NCBI RefSeq assembly: GCF_000143415.4
Contig: NW_003314289.1
Span: 383,281 to 441,318 of the forward strand
Direction of reading: 5' to 3'
Source: Selaginella moellendorffii
Taxonomy: Eukaryota; Plantae; Lycopodiophyta
Length of the DNA stretch: 58,038 nt
Below are positions 14,333 to 24,963 of the stretch, piece by piece. A program made the position numbers and the translations under genes. The stretch's first letter is position 1. Every line of letters begins with the position of its first letter. Under the pieces are notes generated by a model. That model saw nothing but the letters and a program-made list of their open reading frames with translations, ran no database searches and was not told the origin of the DNA.

Positions 14333-14446
14333 CGGCCATAAACCCTAACATTCTAACGTAATATTCGAGTGCCGTTACAAGGATATTCTGTGAGCTTTTT
14401 AAATAAGCATCATCCAGCATATTCGCAGATTTAGGGCTCTTGGGCA

Positions 14447-14922
14447 TTACCGTCCTGGCTTGCGCTTGGGTTTCTCGACGCGCCCCCTTGCGACGCCGGC
14501 GTTGGAGCCCAATCGCACCAATCCACTCGGTTTTGGAGGCGGGTTAGAGGCCTGGATCCAAGAACTTTGTGAGTGTGAGAGAGAGGGAGTAGAATTCCAC
14601 CTGTTGCTGGTCAGATGGGCGAGACGATGCTCCCAATTTGGACGCCGCAGCAGTAGCAGGAGCAGCAGGAGCAGTGGAATCGCTATCTCCAGCCGCGCGC
14701 GCTGCCATAGGACGTCGATCAATCAATCCCTCTATCAAATGTCTTACCAGTGCGCAATTTCTTGGGCGGATGGAAGATGTTGCTCTCCTGCTCCTTCTTG
14801 GCCTTCCTCACCATCTCCAGCAGCTCCTGGTCGCTGTCGGGCGCGCTGCTCGCCAGCAAATCCACCGCCCGGTTGAAGACGCGCAGCACCTCCGAGGACG
14901 AGCCAGAGAAGCGAATCGCCAT
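14447..14922 (-). CDS. Small (about 120 aa) 3-exon basic/low-complexity protein of unknown function
   Basis: ATG directly after a telo-box. Exon 1 MAIRFSG...PPKKLRT ends at a GTAAG donor. A plausible phase-0 intron joins ...SDQQQ to ASNPPPKP...KPKRKPGR-stop at 14447. Confidence 0.5.
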
Positions 14923-14970
14923 AAACCCTAAAAACCCCCACTATTAAAGGTCTTGGGTTTTTTAGGGTTT
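14923..14970. promoter_or_regulatory. Inverted telo-box pair in a 64-bp divergent intergenic region
   Basis: AAACCCTAAAAACCC (14923-14937) and GGGTTTTTTAGGGTTT (14955-14970) flank TATTAAA. Confidence 0.65.
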
Positions 14971-14986
14971 TGGAGAAGAAGAGAGA

Positions 14987-15586
14987 ATGGTATTGGCGAG
15001 AGCTTCCGAGCCGCGGCCATGTCTCATCCCACCCGATCAGCGCCCCGAGCACGAAGGCAAGCCAACCCTAGTTCTCGACATGAATCACACGCTCGTCTCG
15101 AGCGTCACAAGCCCCGACCAGAGGTACGACTTCGTTTCCAAAGTCCGTGGATCCGATGGCACACTTCTCACTCTCAAGCGCCCCTTTGTCGACGATTTCC
15201 TCCGCCAAGTGGCCCGTGTCTACGAGATCGTCGTCTTCACGTCGTGCGACCGGCGCATCGCGGATCCGATCCTGGACGAGCTCGACCCCGAGGGAAGATT
15301 GTTTGCGCACAGATTGTATACCGAGCATTGCAGCTGGAGCAGCGAAGTTGGGCACGTCAAGGATTTGTCGATGCTGGGGCGGGGGATGGAGAGGGTGGTG
15401 ATTGTGGACGACTCCGAGTCCAAGTGTGTGTGGAACCTGGATAACTGGGTGCGCGTTTCGAGCTTCTGGGACAACCCCGATGATCGCGAGCTGCTGGACC
15501 TCGTCCCGTTTTTGCTCGGGCTTGCGAAGGTCGAGGATGTGAGGCCGGTTGTGAGGAAGTGGCGACTACAAAACTTCCGCAAATAA
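14987..15586 (+). CDS. SCP/FCP1-like (NIF domain) HAD-family CTD phosphatase-like protein, intronless, with DxN instead of DxD
   Basis: PTLVLDMNHTLV, KRPFVDDFL, YEIVVFT, DPILDELDP, RLYTEHC, VKDLSMLGR, VVIVDDS, DRELLDLVPFL...DVR. Confidence 0.92.
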   Translation: MVLARASEPRPCLIPPDQRPEHEGKPTLVLDMNHTLVSSVTSPDQRYDFVSKVRGSDGTLLTLKRPFVDDFLRQVARVYEIVVFTSCDRRIADPILDELDPEGRLFAHRLYTEHCSWSSEVGHVKDLSMLGRGMERVVIVDDSESKCVWNLDNWVRVSSFWDNPDDRELLDLVPFLLGLAKVEDVRPVVRKWRLQNFRK

Positions 15587-15744
15587 TTGGATTTTCCTTA
15601 AGGACAGCGTTTAGAAATCTGCGGAGAGCTGGTCAGAGTTTCTTGATTTTCTCGGCTCTGATTGTTTTCGATTGATTTGTAAGTTAGGAACATCTTTCAA
15701 CCTGTATTGCAATCAAAATGGATTGTTCTTTATCTCCTTAGATA

Positions 15745-18700
15745 TCAAATATTCCTTGTCAGACCTTGAAATCCATCATCGTCGTCACTTTCTTCCCACT
15801 CTTGCACAATCTGTTCTGCTTCGTCTAGTTTTTCACAGCCCGAGATCTTCAAGTGTGTGATTGTGGATAGAGAACCTCTGTCAATCTGGATCAAGGATGG
15901 TAGATTCTTCAGCGAAAGGCGTTCAAGTCCGTGCATGGGAGGAACTCTTTGCAGCTGCTGACAGTCCGAAATGTACAATTTTACCGCACAGCTTTCCTCG
16001 ATATCGACCAGAAATGGCAAACTCTTTAGTCGAAGTTCCGTCATCCCAGAAATGGAGGGAACCCTGTGCAACTTCTCGCAGTGCAAGATACTCACCCTTG
16101 ACATGCTGTAACCTTGTCCAATCTCGACTAGAGATGGCAAGTTCTTTAAGACAAGCCGATAGCCTTTTGCATGATCTGCCGTGGTGGCATTGAGAGATTG
16201 AGCTGGGAGGCTGCGCAGCTTCTCACAATCCGATACTATGATCATTTCGAGATTTTTGGACGGCATAATGGCACCAATCTCCACCAAAGATAGTAATGCC
16301 ACCAGTTCAATCCTCGTGACTGTAGAAGGAAGAGCTGGAACGCTGTGCAGCTTGTCCGGATCTGAAACTGCCTCTGGATCAGATTGCATATTAATTCTTG
16401 ACAAATATGGTAAGTTCTGCAGCACAAGCTCTTTGAGTGATGGCAATCTAGCTGAAATGCTGTGCAGCATCTCACAATGTAAGATCGTCAGTCGTTCCAG
16501 TCTTGGCAAGAACATGTCATTAATCTCCACCAAAGATGTCACCTTGTCCAATGAGAGCTTACGAAGCATAGGAAGAGCTTTGGGAAGCTTTTGTAGCAGC
16601 AGCTTCTCACACTCCATAATGTGCAGCATCATCGAGGTAGAGAAATCAATCAAATTGAAGATGAAGATGGATGTCCGTTCCCCCAGTGTAAGGTTGCCTA
16701 TCACTGGAATGTCGTCTATGCTCTCACGCGTGGAGAAAGAAAGATCTCGGCGCAAGCTTTTTCCAACATAAACCTCTTGGATCAACCCACAGTTATCAAT
16801 AATAAGATAATCAATGAATAACTGCTCGTCGATTTGTCTTAAAGCTGGTAGTGGTGAATCCAGGTGGACAACAAGCGGTCTCGTGGATTGTACGTGGGGA
16901 AGCTGAGCCAGCTTTGGACAGTCTGAAATGCTGAGGCGCTCAAGCCGTGGGAAGGATACTAAACCATCTTGAAGAGCAGAGTCAGGAATGCGTTCCATTG
17001 TAGGACAGCCCGAAATTTTAAGCTGCCGGAGGTTGCAAAGCCTGCCCAACCGTGGCACTTCTTCCAGCACTCCACAACCGTCTAATTCCAGGCTCTCCAA
17101 GTTCTGAAGCTCTTCAAAGCTGGGTGGTAGGGATTTTGACGCAACCATGATTTGCAAGCTAGTGAGACGTGGAAAGTTGATATGGCACGGCAGCTCTGTA
17201 AGAATAATAGCTCCAAGATGTAGCATTGTTAGCATCTTAGACCCACTGAAAGTTTTGAATAATTCCAGTGCGTTTTTGGAGAGAATAAGATCTTCTTTAG
17301 GACACCTGAGTTTCCCGTCGTATTTGACATTCAAATGTTTATCTTCAAGTCGTAAAACCTTCAGCTTTCTTAATTTCCTCACAAACTCAAAGTTTACCAC
17401 TGAAAGTTTGTAATAGTAAATGTATAATTCGCTCAGGTTATGCATCCCATGCAGAAAGCTGAGATCAATAACGGCATCCGCTTCTCTGCCCCGTAGTACT
17501 ATTCTGAGTGCCTCTAGCTTAGAAAGCTTCCGAAGAGCATTCCACAAGCCACTACACCATGACTCCAAGTGTAAGTACCTGAGCTCCAGAAGTTTCCCCA
17601 GAAAAGATTCCGTGAAAGTTGCCACATGACAACGCAGGAACCTAAGCGATGGAGTTTCAATGAGAGGCTGGGAAGTAGTCTTATTGACAAGCACAATCTG
17701 TTCAGCATTGGGTTGACTTAAAACTAGATATCCTTGAGTGTCTCTGCAAATCTTTAAAGTGGTAAAAAATAATGGCTCGATGTCTATGATGTAGTCAGCA
17801 AAACTCATCATAAGATCGTCGACAACGATTTGATCGCCCCACTGCCGCTGCCCAAACGATGCATCTTCTAGCCTGCAGATGGCATCGTTGAATTTATGCA
17901 ACTCAAAACAAAGGTTATCGTCTTCTGAGCACCTCATTGCTCGCCACAGGTGAAATAAGCTCGATTCATCCCAGGGATCTCTTAACAGGGCGAGGGACAA
18001 AAAGAGCAGCTGCGCATCTTCGTCCAGCTCCATAAAACTCAGTTTCACCATTTCAAATATGCCCTTCCATTCATCCAGTTCCCACCTGTTGATCTTCTCA
18101 AGAAGACGCTGCCAATAAAACCAAGGACGATCCTTGTTTCTTCTCATATATCTGCCCATCACCTGAAGAGCCTTGGGAACTCCATTGCACAGCCAAACCA
18201 CCTTCTCCACATAATCTCTATCAAGGGTGTCTGGGACCTGGTCTTCTCCTCCAAACGCTTGCATGCAAATGAGTTTGTAGCCATCATCAAAAGACAAAGG
18301 ATCCAACTTGACACTAGTCCACCTATCCTCTGGAAATAGCTTGGCATTGCTGGCGATGGCCACCACCTTGTTCCCCCTCCCCATGTCACCTTCCTGATCT
18401 AAAAGATGCAGCCAGTTCTTTTTCCATACATTGTCCAGAACAAGCATGTATCTCTTGAGGCTGCTCCTGGTTATAAAGTTGAAAATCTCCCTGCTTCCAT
18501 TCGCAACCGATGCTACCCTCCGATCGTTCCCTGTCAACCGAGAAAGTATGTCTGCTTGCATAGTGACCAACGTATCGAAGCGCTCTCTGTAATCAAAACT
18601 GATCCAGATGATGCCATCAAAATGACTGGCGATCTCCCCGTCGCGACACAGATGAGTCACCAGGAACGTCTTCCCAACGCCGCTCGGGCCAAACAAGCCA

Positions 18701-19304
18701 ATCCTCTCTGGCCTTCCCTCGTCCAGAAGCAGTGACTTGAACCTGGAAAACTCCTCGTCTCTTCCAACAATCAAGTAGTTTATGCCTGGAGGAAGACTTG
18801 GGGGCTGGCAGCGATAGTGAAACTCATGGGGCGGCCGAGAGCCCAAAGCCTGGATTTTCTGAGAGTGGACTAGAGGCAAAGGCCGCTCGAGAACTTGCTG
18901 GGCGTTTAAGATAGGCATCAAGCTGTCGAGTTTAGATCTGGCGCCGAAGAAGCGGAAAATCTCCCTGATGTATCTACAATAGAGTGATGTTTAGTGTTCC
19001 AGAATTTTTCCAGATGAGGATGTTACCTGGGATGAGCTGAGTGGACGTTCTTGATATGCTGCTCCATTTCATTGAAACAATCGCAAAAACGAGTGAGTGT
19101 TTGATATTCATCCGAAGCATGATCTTGTACGGCCGCAATACGCATAAGTGCAAGATTGTAGATAGGCGTGTACTCGGTAATTGCAGCCTTGGACGCGCTT
19201 GGGAAATTCCAGTACTTGGAGGCCCCGGATATGAGGAGCTTGAAAGCTTCGTTGATAGGCACGGCAATGACCGCTGGCAACACGGACGTGGGATCGAAAG
19301 ACAT
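15745..19304 (-). CDS. NLR immune receptor: N-terminal helical (CC/RPW8-like) domain, NB-ARC, long LRR; 2 exons, about 1170 aa
   Basis: P-loop GPSGVGKT, kinase-2 LVLDNVW, GVPKAL, many LxxLxLxxC LRRs. A 53-nt GT-AG intron (18974-19026) joins exon 1 (MSFDPTSVL...HPR) in frame to YIREIFRFF... Confidence 0.93.
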
Positions 19305-19673
19305 CTTGTGATAAGATAGCTGTTAAAGCAAAAATTGCTCATGAACAAACTATACGAGCTTCACTCCTAGAAATGAAAAGCAGAACGCGTTGTTTGTACT
19401 TTTCAGCGTGCTCCGAAGGGTCCTGGCATTGGGCAAAGTCATAGTGAATAGTATAAAGAAAAGTCTTGGGTTGGAAAATGTGGATTTTCAGCACAAAACA
19501 AAAAGGAAAGAAAGAGTCACATTGGTGAGAATGAAAACGATGGGCTTTTCTTTAAAAATGAACCGAGAATAAGAACAGGAGTTCTGTGAGTGAATGGTTA
19601 CCACTTGGTTCCTACCTAGTAACACATTGCTGAAAATGAAAATGAGCTTGTGAGAATGAAGATCGCTCCCCAC

Positions 19674-20258
19674 CTAGTGGAACCCAGGACGGCCCTCGTA
19701 GAGGGGCGAGGTAAAAGTCCCGTCTCCACCCCTTAGCTCCACCAGCATGCGCCCGTAGTAAACCGAGCACCCGGTGCCCAACTTGGTCATATCGCGGTTG
19801 CCAAACACGAAATCGTTGCGCCCACCATCCACTACGTAGAAATCCATGCAGCCTTTGTACCCGCCATCCAGCTCGAACACTAGGTCGCTCACCTTGCGGT
19901 TGTGGACCACGGGCGACCCGTCAACGCGGAATGGGCGGCACAGGGTGGTGGTCAACCCTAGGCGGTTGACCGCGCTGACCGAGACCAAGGCGTCGGAGCC
20001 GTAGTTGGGCATGAAGGACGCCGGGCGACCGTTGACCGTGCCGCGGGCCCAAAGGCCATAGTCGTTGGAGTCGCCGTAGGATATCATGAAAGTCTTGTTC
20101 ACCGGCGGCGCCCCGAGCTCGGCTACCATGTCTTGGGCCTCGCGGACGCTGGCGGGGCGCTTGTCCGCCACGAAGAGGGCGACCTCGGCGTTGGAGACCG
20201 ACTGGAGGTAGTCGCGGACCTCGACCGGCAAGCCAAGCTCCTCCATTTCTCTCCCCAT
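19674..20258 (-). CDS. Intronless GC-rich retropepsin-like (Gag C-terminal + aspartic protease-derived) protein lacking the catalytic Asp
   Basis: EVALFVADKRPASVREAQDM resembles the Gag capsid C-terminal helix. RGTVNGRPASFMPNYGSD aligns to G.VNG...FLVD(T/S)GA, and FYVVD...DFVFG matches the ILG motif. Intact 194-aa ORF with strong GC3 bias. Confidence 0.72.
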   Translation of the reverse strand: MGREMEELGLPVEVRDYLQSVSNAEVALFVADKRPASVREAQDMVAELGAPPVNKTFMISYGDSNDYGLWARGTVNGRPASFMPNYGSDALVSVSAVNRLGLTTTLCRPFRVDGSPVVHNRKVSDLVFELDGGYKGCMDFYVVDGGRNDFVFGNRDMTKLGTGCSVYYGRMLVELRGGDGTFTSPLYEGRPGFH

Positions 20259-20663
20259 CTTTCTTGCAAAGGATAACAATGCCAGCGGCGATCAAAAGGG
20301 GTCTGCTACTGGACTGCCCATCACATACCTCTTGTGACGCTAGAAAGCCCGAGATCGAAGTGCCAAGAACCAAGAGATGATGTGGCAAACTAGCTTAACG
20401 GCTGATGGCGAGGTGGCAGCGATGGACTGGCTTTGTAAACTGTTTTTGATACAAACAGTGTAGGTGGTTAGAAGTGAACTAGTTAGAACCAACTATAAAG
20501 TGCTAGAGAAGTACCTTGCTTGTAAGCACGCGCTCCACCGGGGGAGATCTCGTCCTCGTCGCCTGAGAAGCACGCCAAGAAATCTCGTCCTCGTGGCCTG
20601 TAGTCGCGAAACTTGTTAGAACCAATTCTACTTTCCAAACTACTAGGGAACTAAGTACCTGGC

Positions 20664-23600
20664 TTATAAGCACGCGCTCGAGGATGCATCGTCCTCTTCC
20701 GGCTCCTGTGTATCAATCTCCACGTCCGACAGTGACACGCCTTCGTGCTCTCCAGCCTCGTTTAGGACGGATCGCTGCCCTTCTCCTAATTGTTGTACAA
20801 GTTGGAAGATTGCGCTGCCTGTCGCAGGCCTGTCTAAAGAGCTGTACTTTGGTGCCGGTACTCGAAACGGCAGTGTAAAACTATGGATTCCACCATGGTT
20901 TTGTTGTTTCGTTGTGTTGGAATCACCATCGTCCTGGTATGTTGGTGGCGGATCTATGAATATTATCCCGAGCTCGTAGTTACAAATGTGTAGTCGAGTG
21001 CAAGGTGGCTGGTACTCGTCGTCGTTTCTCGCCGCCTTGTTGATGTATTTGCCCCACGCGGCGGGGCTAAAGTTGTGTGAGCCTGTATAAATCCAGCCAA
21101 ATGCTTGGCTTGATGTGGGCGATTTAAATCGTCTCTGTGCTACCTGCAAGGTTGAACAGATAGCATTCTTTGCCACTTAGAACTTATAGTACCTTTACAT
21201 GCATTGGGATTCCTTCTCGACTAGGTGGACATGGAATTGCGTCGTGCAAGTTGACAGCGCTCGTCGATTTTATTCTCTCCCACGTTCGCTGTTGTTGATA
21301 GAAGTGATGTTTGCTTGCTCGGCAAAAAACATTTATGTACCTCTGCGAAGCAAAGAATTCCTCGGTATGAAGAAGGGCCCCATTTCGCGCTTTTTAACCG
21401 GTCCAAGGTCGGGAAAACTACTTTTATTGATGGATTGGCCGCCTCATGCTCCGCGGTCCAGCGGCCCCACTGAATAGGAAAAGATCGCAAGATAGTCACG
21501 TACAATAACAAAACCTTACCTCCGGATCCGACTCACACGAATCGTCTAGTGATGCCTTGCGGCCTGCAGCATCGGAGAATGATGCCAGAAAGTTCGAGCT
21601 CAAGGACGTTCCAATGGAAGAGGAACCTACAAGGACCTCGACAATCAGTTATAGTGATAAGTTTTAAGCAGCACTTACAATACACAAAATCGACTTCAGC
21701 GGAATCTGGCCACTTGTGCTCGGCAAGAACTTCCTTTAATCGCCGCAAGCCATATTTCCGTTGAATATGGCGCAGGAGATTGCTCATTGCAGACTCTTGG
21801 TCTTTACTAAGAAGCTCCCCGAACTTAGACCCCTGATACACAAAAACACTGTCAACAATGTACGATATAAAGCACGGGTTACCTCAAAAACATGAAGTTT
21901 AAGCTGTAATACGCTTTTGCTTTGGCCAGCTGCCACACCAAGCACTTGCTTGGGCCATAGCATGGCCCTCAAGCTACACAGACCAGCGTCACACAGCGTT
22001 GAAACCCATGCAGCTGCACGTTTTGGCAAGAATCCAATCGGCAGCTCCTCTGCTTGTGATACAATATCGCCTGTATCACACACACAGAATTATTATCGGT
22101 AAATCATAAAACAGAACACCAGAAGTTAACACATACTTTGCTCGAGAAAGCGCAACTGCTGAGTTGGTGGAACCACGGAAATCACCACTGCATTCGGATC
22201 AGCAGGTAAGTCTTTGGCTCGCTTCAGTTGGACGTGCACCATGCCTTCTGGATCAAGAGGCAAACTGTTCAAGAGAGCAGCGAGCTTTCGCAATCTCAGT
22301 CCATTAGGATCGCATTTGGGGGAAAATTGATGGCTAATTCCCGCAACTGTTGTTGCTACGGTGCCAAGGTAGCTTTTCTCCAGCTCCTGCTTCGGAATTT
22401 AATCCGAACGATTTACAAACACCAAAATAAAAAGCTTACCTTCATACTCTCTGGGAAAGGCAACAGTTCCTCCCACAATCCCGGTACTGACGCAACCAGT
22501 GACACCGTTGCCTTCGAAAAATTGTAGCAAGCCAAGTCGGTTGCCCAATGAGCTTCGCTAGGAACGTCTTTCACCAAAGTGGAAATGAAGCCAGCCAAGT
22601 AAGCTGCAAAATCTCCATTTCTTTCTCCGCCATCGGTAATCTTGGACGAAAATAGAGAGGAATAGTCTCTTGTGTTGCGAAGGGGAAAATCTTGCCACCA
22701 AACCGTGTTAGAGACTTGCAGCCACTGTGAGAAAAAAAAGAGTTAGCAAACTCCAAAGGAGAATATGAAAACGAAATACCTGTCTGTAATTCAAGTTGGA
22801 GGACGTCACTATAACTCGAATATCTTTTGAACGCTTTAAGAGAAAAAACTTGGGATGATGGCAGCCAACACCACGCATCCTGGATTTATCATTTGTTCGT
22901 CGCAAAACAGGGAAAGGCGGATACCTGCATAGAAACATGTAGATACTTCGCCTGGAACATGAGATACGAGAAACTTACACTACTTTCAAATTCGGCCACT
23001 CACAATATGGATGCTCCATGCGGTCGCTTATGGCGGTGCTCCAGCTTCGTTCGCTGTCGTGACAAGCTATAGTCACAGGTAATGTCTTTGGAAGCCCGAA
23101 GGACGAGATAAACCTGCAAAAAAACACTTGCGGAGATTAGACAAAGAGAAAGAAGAACAGAAAACAAATAAACTCACCAAATAATGTCAGTAGTAAACGA
23201 TGCCACAAACATTTCTCGAATGTCTTCCAATGGCGCCAGAAGATCTGCCACTGACACGTCTGTTCTGGAGGGCTGTACATCCTCCAGTTTATTCATGCAC
23301 AGTCCACTTGATTTTGGAAAAGAATCACAACTAGCCACCTTTGTGTCGCCTCCAATCTGTTCAACTTCTTCGAGATCCCTTTCCTTCCCGACGAAAGCTC
23401 GATTTTCCAGGCTAGAGTTCCTGGTAAAGCACTCTGATCGTAGCTGCCGGCTCTTATCAATCAGCTTCTCCACCGAAGCTTTCACCCTCTTCACCTTACA
23501 GTTGAGACTTGGCCCGAGATGATCAGCCTTGGATTTTACCTGGCGCCGCTGGACATTCATCTCTAGTTCCTCCAAAGAGCTCCTTATAGCATCACTACTC

Positions 23601-23971
23601 TCGCCAGCATTCTCCACTGTAAACCCTGTATCCTGGATAGAATCCTTAACCGGAGCTACCAAGAACACTCTATCCCCTGGAACAAGAACCCTGGAGCTCC
23701 CGAGAGAAATCCTTTCACTGTTGACGTAGACCACGGACGATCTCAGGCAAATATCTGCCCCTTTCTCGACTCCATGGTGCAAGACGAGAGAATTTCCGGC
23801 ATCCACGAAAATCTGGCAATGCCGGCGACTGACCCTCCCATCCTTGAACACGAGATCGCAGCAGCTCGATCGCCCCACAGTGTAAATCTTCCCTGGAGCT
23901 ACCTCGAGATCCGCCAAGAACGACTGCGCCGCCAGCGGCCTGACAACAAATCGGCCGCGAGAATCCCCCAT
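20664..23971 (-). CDS. TDP1: Tyrosyl-DNA phosphodiesterase 1 beta type (FHA + PLD/HKD, probable HIRAN), multi-exon
   Basis: FHA (TVGR...VSRRHC), FVASFTTDI, GCHHPKFFLL, SSNL, LVASVPG, PMHVK, WIYTGSHNFSPAAWG, NYELG. Confidence 0.9.
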
Positions 23972-24153
23972 CGATGCGCTTAGATCTATGCTCCAATCTG
24001 CGCCTACTGGATCTCTAGAGCTGGATTACGCTGAGCGAGCGCCGCATTGGCAGCCTAGCGCGGCCAATGCCCTGCCCTTGCGTAAGAGCCCTAAATTTGA
24101 GTATCTTGTAGCTCACGCTTGGCGGGAAAGAACTAGGGTTTGTTGTGAGCGCC

Positions 24154-24504
24154 ATGGGATTTATGGTAACGACGATCCTCTTCTTCGGCGCTGCGCTGCT
24201 GGGCTGCCTGGGATTCACATTCTTCTACAACAAAGGGCCATCCATGAATTTGTGAGTAGAAATCTATAGATGCGATCGCTGGATCTTAGGTTTTCTCTGG
24301 TTTCCCGTGGGAAATTGGCAGGCTACATGTAACTTTGGTGATCACCGCTGTGGTCTCGTGCTGGATGCTGTAAGATCTCTCTTTCTCTCTCTCTCTAGCA
24401 GACTGATACTCTTTTTTATCTTTTATCTTTTTTCCAGATGGGCGATTGTGTATATTGCACAGATGAATCCCTTGATAAATCCCATTCTCTTGGACGAGGA
24501 ATGA
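24154..24504 (+). CDS. VHA-e: V-type H+-ATPase subunit e (3 exons: 24154-24251, 24322-24369, 24438-24504; 70 aa)
   Basis: Spliced translation MGFMVTTILFFGAALLGCLGFTFFYNKGPSMNLLHVTLVITAVVSCWMLWAIVYIAQMNPLINPILLDEE matches plant VHA-e. Introns are canonical GT-AG. The ORF track captures only the last exon. Confidence 0.95.
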
Positions 24505-24963
24505 CACTACTTCCACACTCCTACTGCCACATTTTTTGTAGCCAGGCCAGGTATATTGTTGTAATCAAATTCCATTTGTTCTTCATGGCGTGCTTTCTCT
24601 TCCAATTGGTTCGTCATCGTTCTATGCATTCGTTGTTCATGAGATCTAGTCTTAAATTCACTTGGGCGATTGTGGCTAGAGAACTTTTGCCAGTTCGAAG
24701 TCGCTCGTGCTGAGTAGAAAAAAAGCTAGAAGAATTCGCGGGTCAAGTTTTTCTTTTCGTTTCTTTGAAAAGGCAAAACTCTAGAGTTTCTGTGCTGTGG
24801 TCAGATTACGCGACAACGAACAGTGGATGACAAAACTTCGTGATTTGGGATCTTATGATCTCTCGAGTTTCAAAAGGGGGATTACAAAAGTTTCGAGCGG
24901 TAAGTGATGAGAATCACCACTTCTTTTAATGTGCTTTGATGATTTGACTGTGGAGTTTATAGA

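Noticed and set aside
24015-24218. 67-aa minus-strand ORF as a TDP1 uORF
   Set aside because: It overlaps VHA-e exon 1 and the shared promoter on the other strand; best explained as a shadow ORF.
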